Origin: Squalus acanthias
Lineage: Eukaryota
NCBI GenBank assembly: GCA_030390025.1
Contig: CM059432.1
Location: 108,006,001 to 108,070,000, forward strand
Length of the DNA: 64,000 nt
Reading direction: 5' to 3'
This document shows, one piece after another, positions 1-12,717 of the stretch (position 1 is the stretch's first letter; every line of letters starts with the position of its first letter). Both the position numbers and the translations under genes were made by a program. A model generated the notes under the pieces. The model was not told where the DNA came from. It saw only the letters and a list, made by a program, of their open reading frames with translations, and did no database searches.

Positions 1-399
1 ACTGCAGGGTCATCGATCGGCTCACTGTGACACTACAGGGTCATTGATCGGCTCACTGTGACACTACAGGGTCATTGATCAGCTCACTGTGACACTACAG
101 GGTCATTGATCGGCTCACTGTGACACTGCAGGGTCATTGATCGGCTCACTGTGACACTACAGGGTCATTGATCGGCTCACTGTGACACTACAGGGTCATT
201 GATCGGCTCACTGTGACACTACAGGGTCATTGATCGGCTCACTGTGACACTACAGGGTCATTGATCGGCTCACTGTGACACTACAGGGTCATTGATCGGC
301 TCACTGTGACACTACAGGGTCATTGATCGGCTCACTGTGACACTACAGGGTCATCGATCGGCTCACTGTGACACTGCAGGATCATTGATCGGCTCACTG
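1..399. repeat. 31-bp minisatellite, about 13 copies, probably continuing left of the window
   Basis: Unit actacagggtcattgatcggctcactgtgac repeated head-to-tail with rare substitutions and no spacers. Confidence 0.97.
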
Positions 400-577
400 C
401 CACCCCTGGGTCGAACTGCAGCTGAAAATTACTGTTGCTGAAATTTATTTTACTCAGAGACAAGAAATTTCTGAATCTTGAGTAAAATTATGTTTTCATC
501 TTCATCACTTATCTTGAAATGGTTATTGAGCATTGTAGAGTACTTTAGGCATTAATACTACTAAATCACATGTTATA

Positions 578-1118
578 GAAGAATGAGAGGCGATCTTATT
601 GAAACATATAAGATTGTGAAGGGGTTGGATCGGGTGGATGCGGGGAGGATGTTCCCGATGATGGGTGAAACTAGAACTAGGGGGCATAGTCTTAGAATAA
701 GGGGCTGCTCTTTCAAAACTGAGATGAGAAGGAACTATTTCACTCAGAGGGTGGTAGGTCCATGGAATATGCTGCCCCAAAAAGCTGTAGAAGCTACATC
801 ATTACATAAATTTAAAACAGAAATAGACAGTTTCCTAGAAGTAAAGGGAATTAAGGGTTACGGGGAGCGGGCAGGAATTTGGACATGAGTCTAGGTTCGG
901 ATCGGTCATGGCCCTGTGGGTAGTGGAGCGGGCCCAGGGGCCGTGTAGCCTGATCCTGCTCCTATTTCGTGTGTCCAATTCTGTTAGGTTCAGGAGATGG
1001 TTCTGTGATAGTAGATTGGCGGTTAGGATCAGATCAGCCATGATCTTATTGAATGGCGGAGCAGGCTCGAGGGCCAATTGGCCTACTCCTGCTCCTATTT
1101 CTTATGTTCTTATGTTCT
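578..1118 (+). mobile_element. 5'-truncated CR1 LINE 3' end with a doubled 3' UTR
   Basis: ORF 583..888 MRGDLIETYKI...RGHSLRI...FTQRVV is the CR1 ORF2 C-terminus; (TTCTTATG)n tail. Confidence 0.9.
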
Positions 1119-1600
1119 TATACTGTCATAATGTGTTTGCATAAAATTAGTTCATTATCAATCATGTAGCAATGGAAATAAAAATAATGATTCTGTAGCA
1201 GCTTTCATGTGCTTATTGTATTTCATTAAGCTCTTCAAAATGGACTGGAAGACATCCTCTCAGTCAGAGTAATGCGCAGTTATAAATCTGGCAGACATTT
1301 TCTGCTCCATATGATAGTGCTGCGATTTACATTCATTAGCATCGCCTTTGATGTAAGAAAAACTTAATTTTTACAATCCAGCTACAATGATGAATTTAAA
1401 TCATGCAGTGAACTTAAAGGAGCAAATTCACTGAGAGGCGGTCCCAGAATGGAGTCTCGCTAGCTATGAGGACGGGTCAGAGAGAGGGCTGATTTTGCCC
1501 TAAGGGGTCAAAAATTATATAAATGGAAATTGCAGTCTATCCAACTATTTTATTGAGTTGTGGTGTAGTACAAGGGACCTCCAAATTGCTAGATCTAAGC

Positions 1601-1765
1601 ATCAACAACTTGCATTTATAAAGTGCCTTTAACGTAGAAATATGTCCCAAGGTGCTTCACAGAAGTGTACGGAAAATTAATCTCCGGGCCAAAGAAAGAG
1701 ATTATGGGGGGTAACCAAAAGCTTGGTTATAGAGGTGGATTTTAAGAAGGAAGAAAGGGAGATGG
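1601..1765 (-). mobile_element. L2-like LINE 3' fragment
   Basis: caacaacttgcatttataaagtgcctttaacgtag terminus shared with the copies at 14484 and 61700. Confidence 0.55.
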
Positions 1766-1807
1766 GAAGAGAAGCCATTGGTGGAGATGGTCTGGCTACA
1801 ATTGGAT

Positions 1808-2620
1808 AAAGAAAGATTTATATTTATATAGCACCTTTCATAACCTCAGGACGTCCCAAAGCACTTTATAGCCAATGAAGTACTGTTGCAGTCTAGTCGC
1901 TGTTGTAATGTAGGGAATTTTCACACAGCAAACCCCATAAACAGCAATTAAATAAATGACCAGATAAACCGTTTTAGAAACATAGAAACATAGAAACTAG
2001 GAGCAGGACTAGGCCATTCGGCTGATCATCCAAATCCAGTACCCTGTCCCTGCTTTCTCACACAGAATCCCCATCGAGCCTGCACCAACACATATCCCAC
2101 CCTATCCCCGTAACCCCACATATTTAATTCCCCCTAACATATCCCATCCTATCCCCGTAACCCCACATATTTAATCCCCCCCTAACACTAAGGGTCAATT
2201 TATCATAGCCAAATCAACCTAACCCGCACATTTTTGGACTGTGGGAGGAAACCCACGCAGACACGGGGAGAATGTGCAAACTCCACACAGACAGTCACCC
2301 GAGGCCAGATTCGAACCCGGGTCCCTGGCGCTGTGAGGCACCAGTGCTAACCACTATGCCACCGTGTCTGCCGTGTTGGTTGAGCGATAAATGTTGGCCA
2401 GGACACCAGGAGAACTCACCTGGTCTTCTTGGTCTTCTTTGAATAGTGCTATGGGATCTCTTACCAAGAAGGGCCTTGGTTTAACATCTAATCTGAAAGA
2501 CGGCACCTCTGACATTGCAGCACTCCATCAGTACTGCACTGAAGTGTCAGCCTAGATTACGTGCGTTAGTCCTCGAAAGCGGCTTGATCCCTCAACTTTC
2601 TGACTCAGAAACCAGAGTGC
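1808..2620 (-). mobile_element. DeuSINE (SacSINE1/AmnSINE1-like), interrupted by a V-SINE
   Basis: Reverse complement of the 22223-22665 copy; broken at about 1976-2366. Confidence 0.75.
1976..2365 (-). mobile_element. HE1-like V-SINE with a compound CR1-type tail
   Basis: tRNA-like head, V-domain (gtggagtttgcacattctccccgtgtctgcgtgggtttcctcc), internal duplication of about 48 bp, (TTTCTATG)n tail. Confidence 0.85.
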
Positions 2621-3195
2621 TACCCCCACGATTTCCCAAGATATGTGGCCAGTGGGTGAGCTCATGCTCACTAAGTTGGCTCCTTGGAATAGACTTCATA
2701 GAAGGGCTATGGAGGCAAAAACCTTAAGAGTCAATCAAGAACTAGTACGTTGCTGTGATGAGGGACTATAGGTTTCTTTATCTGGATGGATTAGGTATGA
2801 TGGGCTGAACGGCCTGCCTCATTTGTCATCTTGTAAAATGTATTTTTGTGACTCAATCTGATGTCAAGATTAACTTGACAAAGAGCTACAAATCAAGCTT
2901 TCTGCCCACACTCAATAAAATATTCTTTCTCAAACAAGTGCATTCAAAGAGAATGCGAAAGATTCCCATGGGCAATGAAATGCCTTCCAGCAGTTTCCAA
3001 GCCTATGTTAATTACTAAGCTGATATACACAAGCAGGGGAGCCTACAATTTATGAGAGAAGATTATCAGTCAGTGCACACTGTTTCTCAGAGAAATGACA
3101 TTAAAACAGCAAAGAACAAAGAACAACAGTATACACTTTGCAAAGCCCCTGGCAGAACGCCTCATGGCCAGAGCATGGGTTACAGAATTGTTACT

Positions 3196-4108
3196 GGGGG
3201 GAATTTTCCAATGTCTCACTCCTGGATGGCAGCCTTCCCCACCAGCAGCATGTGTCACAATTTAGTGCATACGGAACACCCAAATTTTCAATGGCTCAGA
3301 ATTTGTGGTCAGCAGCGAAGTGAAGGCGTCCATTGCTGGCCCCGAAGTACGCTTCGCACAAGGATCTCACGATCCTTGTGTCAAGAACTTTGGGGTTTTC
3401 CAACCTTCAATTCAATGGACTGTAGTTGGGGTCGCCTTGTGCGAACTGCTGTGACGTCAACAGGCTGACTAAGCAGCCAATCAAAATGCTGAATTCTCAC
3501 AGACAGTGAACAAGGAATTGAGTAAGCTCTTTAAAATAGTTAGAGAGAGCAAAAGAAAGATGGGGAAAAGACAAACCTGAAATAAAGATGGACAAACTTA
3601 AAAAAAAAAATTTAAACTTTTTTTGAAAAGTTTCTTAAAAATTGTAATTTTTATTAAAATAGACAAATTTCACACTGCACAAAATTAAAATTAGTTTTCC
3701 AGGCCCTTAACATTTGTTTAGCAGTAATAATGCTGTCAAAACCCCAGTTACCCCTAATCCCTCTGGGTCTAACTTTTAGTGGGGAATTTAACAGCGCACT
3801 TACTGCGGAAGAGCCGAAGCTTTGGTCAGTTTCAATGATTTGGCTGATTGCACAGATTGCCAGCTCTGTGGTGGGGGGCGGGGGCACAGCGCAGCCTGTT
3901 TCGGAGCTGTCATTGACCAACTGCAACTTCAGGATTTCCGCAAGCGTCTGTGCATGCTTCAAATCCCAAAGTTGTGGTCAGGTTCAAATGCGGAATGACG
4001 GCGAATGCTGCCAGTTCGCCGTCATCCCGACCGCAAATTCCAGGCCAATATGTGCTTCCAGGCAGGGCAGGCTCCCCGCTGAGAGTGAGATGTTGGAAAA
4101 TTATTCCA
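3196..4108. mobile_element. Degenerate Harbinger-type MITE
   Basis: Imperfect TIRs ggggggaattttcca / tggaaaattattcc; AT-rich centre with GC-rich arms, like other MITEs here. Confidence 0.45.
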
Positions 4109-4139
4109 CATTGGTATCTCCCACCCTCGCTGGGGTCTA

Positions 4140-4610
4140 GCAAGGCTTCATATCTTGAAGGCATAAGAACCTTGCAGGCTGCCATTCAGCACCTTTTCCC
4201 TTTTTTTGCCAATTCTCTCCTCTTTGCCATTTCTTCCTTTATAAAGGCACTGGGACACACTTCCATAGGTGGAGGGTGCCCAATGGTACCTCATCCAAGT
4301 GGTCCTGGTTGCATGTTTGGGTCCAGCTGGAGTTTCTGCAGGCCATTTGACAATGGATGTATCACAGTGAGTCTGATCTTCTCCTCATTAGATGCCCACA
4401 CGCACACTCCAACTAGGTTCCACTGGAGAGTAACCAGGAGTGGGAATCCTGGCTAATTTTAATCTTCCTAACTCAGGCACTGAGACCATTTGCAGCACTC
4501 CTACTATTATATAAGTTGAGATCAGCTATCTCAGCAAAGTCTGAGGATTAATCCTGGGACCTTCCTGGTGGGTAAGGCTCAGCTATGTATTGTCTTATAC
4601 CAGCTTAACC
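4140..4610 (-). mobile_element. Old SINE-like repeat, related to copies at about 21770-21970 and 57380-57550
   Basis: Shared degenerate blocks (cagccaggatcctgctcctg-like; gctgatctc) on opposite strands. Confidence 0.4.
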
Positions 4611-6712
4611 ACGAAGGCAACCTATGTCTCATCCTTTTAAAATTATGGAGGTGTAGACTCCTCCCACAGTGGTAGTGCCTGTGATACCCTGGGGAACAGG
4701 GATTGCCTGAGCCTTTACTAGTCTTTTATAGTAATCTGTGGAGTGAAGTACATCAGTGTATATAGAGGGAAAGAAAGGGAAGAGATATTGATAGATCAGC
4801 ATTGGTCTTCAGTACTGTTTAGGCAGATGGCTTGGCTCGACTTGGTCACATGACACCTCCAGGGCACTCAGAGCTTGTCCTCCAACAACCCGGAAACACC
4901 CACTCTGGAAGGCAAAGAAGCACTTGGCACTTGCCCGTTACAGTTGACCTCAGGTCTCAGAATATGGGGATCCTCTTCAACATGAGGCAAGGCGAGCGTG
5001 AGAGATGGAAATGTACGATCCACCAAGCAACGCTCTGCAGGAACATGCTACAGTGATGACTGGTCTTTATGACCAGCTAGAAGTTTTCTGGAAAGTCTAC
5101 CTTAGAGAAGACGACTTCCCCAGAGGTTGGCTGCCCAGCAACAGTGCCTGAGGTTTGGAAAGCTTGAGTGGCTCTCCTGTTTAGGGAGTTTGAGTGATTC
5201 AGGCTAAGCTGGGGCTTGTCCATGGAATTCTGGAGATGTGCAGAACTGTTGAGTTGGGTTGCAGGTAAGTAGCATCAATAGAGGGTGCAGGGGTCAGGGA
5301 ACAAGATTCATCCGTATTGTGCTGGTTGTCCATCTTCTGACAGCCTCTGGAAGTGAGGCAATGAGTTCGTTAGGCATTGTGGGACGTTAAAAAGGGCAAT
5401 GCATTAAAATGTCAATGCCTTCTGAACTGATAAAAATAAAAATGAAGTAAAAAAATGCAGTTTTCAGCCCTTACAGCCTTTTAAAAAAAAATGAACATTA
5501 AAAAGAAGTCCCAAATAGGAGTCTTCAGTTCTTAAAGCTGAATTCCCTTTTAAAACTCAAAAAATTGGAAAAGTGCTTCAGCACTACCATAAATGGCTCA
5601 GCAAGCCAGGGAAGGGGCACCCAGGGTCTCGCACGCAGTACTCCAGCTTTGTGCAGGGGGTCAACACTGCAAGACAGGTCCTCTACCCACAGGGGCCAGG
5701 AGGCCCTATAGAAAGAACAATGTGGAACCACCTCACAGAGGCCATCACTGCCAGCAGTTTCGCCCCCAAGACCAGGCTCCAGTGCCCAAAGAAGTTTCAT
5801 GACCTCAGGCTAGTGGTCAAGATCAGTGACTGCATCTTCAAAAGCCGTCTCCTACCAACTGCACCACTAGCCTCACACACTGCTCAATGCAGGACTCCTG
5901 CCCCACCCCCCAATCACTCACCTACCAACAATCTGCACCAATCACGAGGCACACCTCCCATTCCTAGCCTCACCTCACCCCCTTGGAGGAGACGGTGCTG
6001 ACCATTCTTGGCAGGGGAATGGCTGAGCCATTGGCCAGCAGCAGGGCAGAAAGGATACAAGATGCTGGTATCCTCATAAATTATCCTCCTTCTAGCATGC
6101 ACCTCTTGCTTTCCCACCCTCCCCTCACCACAACTCCACCCTTGTGCCTTCCTCATTTCACACACCCAGGAAATGCAGCCTGTCCAGCCAATGGTTGGCC
6201 AAGAAGAGGGAGAGGAGAGTGAAGAAGAAGAAACACTGTCACTCAATTTCACACTCCCAGCCACCAGCTCCTCAAGGTCGACCAGCAAGGCCATTTGCAG
6301 TGTCCCCCACTGAAAGTCAGCAGCCTTCCACCAGCCATGCTGCAGCCACTGGGGTAGCACTGCATGACATCACTAGGATAGGCAAAGGCACACACAAGAC
6401 AGTCACTAAGAGAATGCATAAGGGTGATGAGTTGATTTCTTGATGTCATATTGGATGGATAAAGTTGGATTGGAAAGTTTTCTTTGTGGTGGCTTTTATT
6501 TCAGCATTGTGGCCAAGAGGACGCTGTGATGGTCAGTAACAGAGAGAAGGTAAGGTGTGGGATAAATGTTGAAAGAGGAATTAGGTCTGTGGTCACTGGT
6601 ACCGCAGGCGGATGATTCCATCCCGGATATCCCGGCCAGAAAGGGGCTGTCTGGGTTGCTTCCTCCTCTTCAGCTTCTTCCTCTTCTGCGTCTTCCTCTT
6701 CCCCCTGCAAGC

Positions 6713-6850
6713 AGATGCTGTAAATCTGAAATTACATCATAAAATGCTGGAAATACTCAGCAGGTCAGACAGCATCTCGACCGGAGACATGAATTCTGTT
6801 TCTCCATGGATGTTGCCTGACCTGCTGAGTGTTTGCAGCATTTTCTGTCT
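6713..6850. mobile_element. Short inverted Penelope-like terminal remnant
   Basis: aaaatgctggaaatactcagcaggtcag ... ctgacctgctgagtgtttgcagcatttt inverted arms, same family as 9154. Confidence 0.6.
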
Positions 6851-7063
6851 TCTCAGAGGCCTTCCTTTATCATCTGAGGTCTTGCAAGCGTCCAGTAGCA
6901 CTCCCTATACACTTAAAAAACTTTTAACATCTATTGCAGCAAGCCAGTACTTGAGTAAAATCAAAAAATCGAGTCCAAAAGCTTAAATGCAAACTTAGCT
7001 GAAAGATGTGTGTGCCCCTTTAAGAGGTGCTGACAGCGTCTCTGTCAGTCTGCTGAACGCTAA

Positions 7064-7790
7064 GGGCTGGATTTTGAATGACCCATGGATCGGGTTTGGA
7101 GGCGTGTGGGGGGTTAAATTTGCGGGGTCGGGGTTTCCGACCCCATCCCAACTCCATCACGCCTCCACGCAATTTTGACAAAATCAGGCGCGGGGTTCCC
7201 GACTCTCTCCTGCCTGCAAGAGGCGGGAGAGGCCATTAAAGCCCTTAACAAGCCCTAAATTGGGTCTGTAATGCTATTTTGAAACGTTGTCGCTAGTTTA
7301 ACCATTTTCTGACGTGAAGCACGCCTGGTGTGAAACACTCCAGTGAAACCTGGCGGGAGCACAAGTGGATAGCTGACTATCGGCTGCAAGTCCACTATTA
7401 CAACGGAGATGTGATGAAGGTAGTAGTAGTATTAGGTGTGAAAGTCGTCTCTGATACTGCTACATTCTCTCTCTCTCTCTCTCTCTCTCTCTTATATATA
7501 TTCATATATATATCCAGGTCCACTCACATCAGAAGCAATGCAGACAGGTCCTCTCTCACCAGTAGCCAGACAATCTCTGAGAGCAGGCAGTCAGCAATGA
7601 TGACATCATCAGAAGCGGGTTTCAGACTGAAACCACTAATTAGTTCATGGGTTCCCACATGCTGCAACTCAATTGCCCAATTAAGTGAAAATTGCATCAG
7701 GCATCCACATTAATCTGGAGTCGGGGGGGGGGGGGAACACGAAATGCAGATTACACGACCCCAACCCGACCCCAAGACAAAATCCAACCC
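7064..7790. mobile_element. Harbinger-type MITE nested in the 5570-8028 element
   Basis: TIRs gggctggattttg / caaaatccaaccc; TAA target-site duplication. Confidence 0.8.
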
Positions 7791-8114
7791 TAAGTTTCCA
7801 TGGCGAGCTTAGGACCCAGCGCTGAACTCAGCGCGAAGGTCAAAGTTCGCCAAGGTGACGTTAAGACAGCGTCGCACGCTGACTGACGTCGCCTCTCCTT
7901 CATTTAAATCTGCAGGGCAATGGATCTTACCGGCAGCGCTGCCGAGCCTCGGAAAATGGAGGATGCCGCGGCCGCCCTCTTTTCACTATTCTTTGCCGGT
8001 AACGGTTAAGCCCCCGAATTTTTAGCCCAAGTAGAGGTAAATCATGGCAGATTGTTTCTACTGGTTAGTGAGACAGTTACCAGAGGGTACAAATTTAAGA
8101 TGATCATAAAAAGA

Positions 8115-8458
8115 AATGTAAGGAACATAGGAACAGGAGTAGGCCATTCAGCCCTCGAGCCTGTTCCGCCATTCAATGAGATCATGGTTGATCTGCGACC
8201 TAACTCCATACACACCTGCCTTTGCCCCATATCTCTTAATACCTTTGGTTAACAGAAAACTATCAATCTCAGATTTAAAATTAACAATTGATCTAGCATC
8301 AATTGCCGTTTGCGGAAGAGAGTTCCAAACTTCTACCACCCTTTGTGTGTAGAAGTGTTTCCTAATTTCACTCCTGAAAGGTCTGGCTCTAACTTTTAGA
8401 CTATGCCCCCTAGTCCTAGAATCCCCAACCAGCGGAAATAGTTTCTCTCTATCTACCA
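8115..8458 (-). mobile_element. CR1 LINE 3' fragment
   Basis: ..REKLFPLVGDSRTRGHSLKVRARPFRSEIRKHFYTQRVV.. in ORF 8148..8699; CR1 3' UTR. Confidence 0.88.
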
Positions 8459-9153
8459 TATAGATAGGGCAATCGCTCCTCTTCCTCCTCCTCGGGAACT
8501 TTACATTTTGGCCACAGTAATTTAAACTGCCTTTTCCTACCCCACATGCATGCAATGTCTGCAGCAGCCGCTGCCTCTCTGCTATCACAAATGGGAACTC
8601 TGTGTGGAGCACGGGGGAGAAAGAAATAACATAAATTAGGCTAACGCTAGGAAATTCAGCCGGGGTCAGCAGTACAACAGTCGGGTAGGCGCAAAGCACA
8701 CCCGGCCAAATTAACGCTAGTCACCTCAGCTGCAGGAATCCCAGGCTGGTGACTCAAGTGGAGAATGCAAAGGCGCAGACTTCATGGGCCCAATATCTGT
8801 GCTGTAACATTCTAGGGTACGATGATTTTGCAGGTGATGTGATGAAGGAAAGGGCCAGTGACTGCATGTTTGTAAAGCAGTGAGCATTGGCTGCTGCATT
8901 CTTTATTATTACTTCTAATGATGGATTGCAAACCTGAAATTCCTTGTTTTGATAACTGTGAGTTGAGACATGAAGATCCTCATTAGGCGTTAATGAGGAT
9001 ATCCTGGGAGGGAGTCGAAAATGTAATAAAACCAACAGAATGGAGTGTTAATGAAAGCAATACATCTTATATTTATGAAAAACTCACATCAACCCTCCAT
9101 TGCGACACCACAGAGGTAATGTCTCTGTATAATGGGACGTGATATTGTTTTAC

Positions 9154-9327
9154 AAAAGCAAAATATTGCGGATGCTGGAAATCTGAAATAAAAACAGAAA
9201 ATGCTGGAAACACTCAGCAGGTCAGGCAGCATCTGTGGAGAGAGAAACAGAGTTAACGTTTCAGGTCAATGACTTTTCATCAGAACTTTGATGAAACTCT
9301 GACGAAAGGTCATCGACCGGAAACCTT
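9154..9327. mobile_element. Inverted Penelope-like terminal repeats with two hammerhead cores; remainder at 13104-13166
   Basis: Minus strand CTGATGAaaagtcattgacctGAAAcgtt (9283-9255); plus strand CTGACGAaaggtcatcgaccgGAAAc (9299-9324), continued by gttaactctgtttctctctccacagatgctgcc at 13104. Confidence 0.75.
9251..9287 (-). ncRNA. Minimal type I hammerhead ribozyme motif (stem II slightly degenerate)
   Basis: agtt-CUGAUGA-a-aaguc(auu)gaccu-GAAA-cg-UU-aacu; palindromic ACGU stem III. Confidence 0.6.
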
Positions 9328-10727
9328 GGCCGCGATTTCACCTACCGAGGCGGGCTCAGTGCGGCCGAGGTAGGTGGCGGGTTGCAACCCCGCTCCCGGC
9401 TCCATCCCACTCTGTGAGAAGAATTTTCCGATGATGGGGCTTGTTAAGCCCACCCTGCGAGGTTCCCAGCCAATTAAAAGGAAACGGGCCTGATGACGTC
9501 ATTTGATGATGTGTCATCAGCCAGTTTCCTTAAAGGGGCCATGTCCACATTGATTTTGACAGTTGTGCTGTCAGTGTTCTACAGCATTGAGGTGCTGCAA
9601 ATACTGACGAACACTGCACAGAGGTGCACGGCTGCACCCAAACTCTCCCATGACTCCCTCCATATGCTTATGGAGGGAGTCACAGCACGCAGGGAGGTTC
9701 TTTTCCCTTCCAATGGGCAGAAGAGACCTCCCCAGGAGACCAACGCAGCCTGGTTGCACATTGCACAGGAGGGCACAAGCAGAGATGTAGTCAAGAGGAC
9801 CAGGCTGCAGTGGCACAAACCTTTCAATGATCTCAGTAGATCACGAACCGTTAATGCCAAGCCACACTCAACCTCATCCTGCTGTGCCACTCATCACATC
9901 CCCATCACTCTGCCTTCCCTACCCTACTCCTGCACATCCTTACTCATACCAACTTACCTTGCACCTCCACTCATCCCTCTCTATCTACATTATCACTTCC
10001 CCATCTCACTAGCCACCCCTCACACTCATCCTACTGCAAGCATACCAACTAACAACACACAAGGGTAGGCACTTGGATGTTTTAGCCAATGTTCATGTGA
10101 AGTTTCTGGTAATGTGCTGTCAAACATTGAAATCTTTATTTTCAACACAGAAGGTGGACAGAGTTGTGTGCACCTTTGGAAATGGCTCAGTGAGTTGCAG
10201 TGAATGGTGAGACATAAGGGTAACCCCCGCCACAATGGTGATGAGTGTGAAAGGAATGGCTTGGACATTGATGGGATTCTTTATGGTGTTGGTGTGGGGT
10301 GGTGCCAACCTAGCGCATCATGTGGCAGCCAGGGTATACATCGTCAAGTGAAGTAAATCTGGCTATGGTGATGTCATCCCTGGCCTCCCGGGCAGCAATG
10401 TTGTTGGGTGCTGATGCTCTGTGTCCTGTGCAGCATCAGGTGATTGCAGAGAAGGTTGGTGTTGTTGTTGGTGCTGCTGGTGTGCCTGGTGATCTTGGTG
10501 TTGGGGCTGATCGTGGTGGGATTCAGGGGACCAAGGTGTGATTTTTTCAAGGGCACCGATGCTGCTGGAATAGATGGCAGGTGAAGTTGAGATGACAGAA
10601 GCGATCTGTCAGTGGTAAGACAGCTTGCTCCAAGGAGGTGACAGTGGATAGAGAGTTTACTCCAAACACTTCCAAACTGCATACAGCTCAAAAGTGGGTT
10701 CCAAATCATGAAGGCTCCAGATTCTAA

Positions 10728-12717
10728 GGCCGCGAATTTAATAGAGCTCAGAGTGCGGGCTTGGAGGCGGGTCCGCTGTCAAAATAGCAAAGATTGACAG
10801 CGGGTAGGAAACCCGCAGTCAACCCGCCTCCACGGGAGTCTCCCAGGTGTCGGGTCTGTCAGCGGAGAACTGACCCAACACCAAGCGGTGGGGGAGACAA
10901 TTCAGCTTGTTAAATAGCTTGTTAAGAGCCAATTTAAAACTACTTTGAGGCTTACTTCTAATTTTACGTTCTCCCCTATGGGTTACCCGCTGTTCGGGGA
11001 ATACGCCAGCTTAACCTGGTGTGTTTTGAGTCTGCTCTGATGTTTCTGATAAGCTGACAGCTGTAGAAGTGTTGTAAAGGATGCCATGTTGCAGATGGTC
11101 AGTTTCAGAGCGCAGAAAATGTTGGTTACTGCATTTTTAATACATATAGAAATTTCTGTAGCTTACAAGTTTTTAGATCCAACTGTATGTATGATGGCCA
11201 TTTCAGCCCATCGTGTCCGCGCCGGCCAACAAAGAGCTATCCAGCCTAATCCCACTTCCCAGCTCTTGGTCCGTAGCCCTGCAGGTTACAGCATCCAAAG
11301 TGCACATCCAAGTACTTTTTAAATGTGGTTAGGGTTCCTGCCTCTACCACCCTTTCAGGCAGTGAGTTCCAGACCCCCACAACCCTCTGGGTGAAGAAAT
11401 TTCCCCTCAAATTCCCTCTAAACCTTCCCCCAATTACTTTAAATCTATTGCAGCAACATCGGTGCCCTTGAAAAAATCAGACCTTGGTGCTCTGAATCCT
11501 TCCACGATCAGCCCCAACACCAACATCACCAGGCACACCAACATCACCAACAACATCACCAACCTTCTCTGCCATCACCTGATGCTGCACAGGACACAGG
11601 ACATCAGCCCCTGACAACACTGCTGCCCGGGAGGCCAGCGATGGCATCACCATGGACAGATTTTCTTCACTTGATGCTGTAAACCCTAGCTGCCACATGA
11701 TGCGCCAGGTTGACACCATACCACACCAGCACCGTGAAGCATCCCTTTAATGCCCAAACCATTTCATGCACAATCATCACTATAGCGAGGTGGGTGTGTG
11801 GCGGGGTGGGGGGGGGGGAGTTATGACTGAACAATCACTGGAACTCAGTAAGACACTTCTCAAGGTGCGCTCAGATCTGTCCAATAAGGGGCAGTTTTGG
11901 AAAAATAGATATCACTGTATGACAACACATTACCAGAAACTTCACATAGACATTGGCTAAACCTCTCAAGTGCCTACCCTTGTGTGTTGTTAGTTTGTAT
12001 GCTTGCAGTAGGATGAGGGTGAGTGTGAGGGGTGGCTAGTGAGATGGGGAAGGGATAATGTAGATAGAGAGGGATGGGTGGAGTTGCAAGGTAAGTTGTT
12101 GTGAGTAAGGATGTGCAAGAGAAGGGTAGGGAAGGCAGAGTGATGGGGATGTGTTGAGTGGCACAGCAGGTTGAGTTTGAGTGTGGCTTTGCAGTAACAT
12201 TTCGTGATCTACTGAGATCATTGAAAGGTTGGCACCACTGCAGCCAGGGACCCCTGACGACATCCCTGCTTTTGCCCTCCTGTGCAATGTGCAACCAGGC
12301 TGCGTTGGTGTCCTGGGGAGGTCTCTTCCGCCCTTGGAAGGGAAGAGAACCTCCCTGCGTGCTGTGACTCCCTCCATAAGCATATGGAGGGAGTTATTGA
12401 AGAGCCTGGATGCAAGCATCCACCTTTGTGCAGTGCTTGTCAGTGTTTGCAGCACCTCAATGCTGTCAAGCACTGACAGCATAACTGTCAAATTCATGTG
12501 GACGTGGTCCCTTTAAGGAAACCAGCTGATGACGCATCATAAAATGATGTCATCAGACCCACTTTCTGTTAATTGGCCGGGAAGCCCGCAGGGCGGGCTT
12601 AACAAGCCCAATCAAGGGAAAATCCCATTTACAGAGCGGCTGTAGTTGGGAGCGGGACCGGAACCCGGCAACCAGCTATCCCGCCACCATCCCCCCTCCT
12701 CCATTAAATTCGCGGCC
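10728..12717 (-). mobile_element. Same-family Harbinger derivative in inverted orientation
   Basis: Perfect TIRs ggccgcgaatttaat / attaaattcgcggcc, TAA TSD; ORFs 12036..12497 and 11974..12294 mirror ORF 9493. Confidence 0.9.
11165..11447 (-). mobile_element. CR1 3' fragment inside the nested Harbinger element
   Basis: cctctaccaccctttcaggcagtgagttccag..gaagaaatttcccctc is a typical reverse-strand CR1 3' end. Confidence 0.7.

Larger units (their letters stand above)
5570..8028 (+). mobile_element. Non-autonomous Harbinger derivative: Myb/SANT gene remnant (+) and transposase C-terminal remnant (-)
   Basis: ORF 5573 ..MWNHLTEAI..TRLQCPKKFHDLRLVVK; 6270-6430 is homologous to the 31411 ORF end; minus strand near 6595-6700 reads acidic tract + QPLSGRDIRDGIIRLRYQ*; right TIR gaatttttagccc. 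Left end unclear. Confidence 0.7.

Noticed and set aside
1..399. CRISPR array
   Set aside because: Units are contiguous with no unique spacers, there are no cas genes, and the context is vertebrate.
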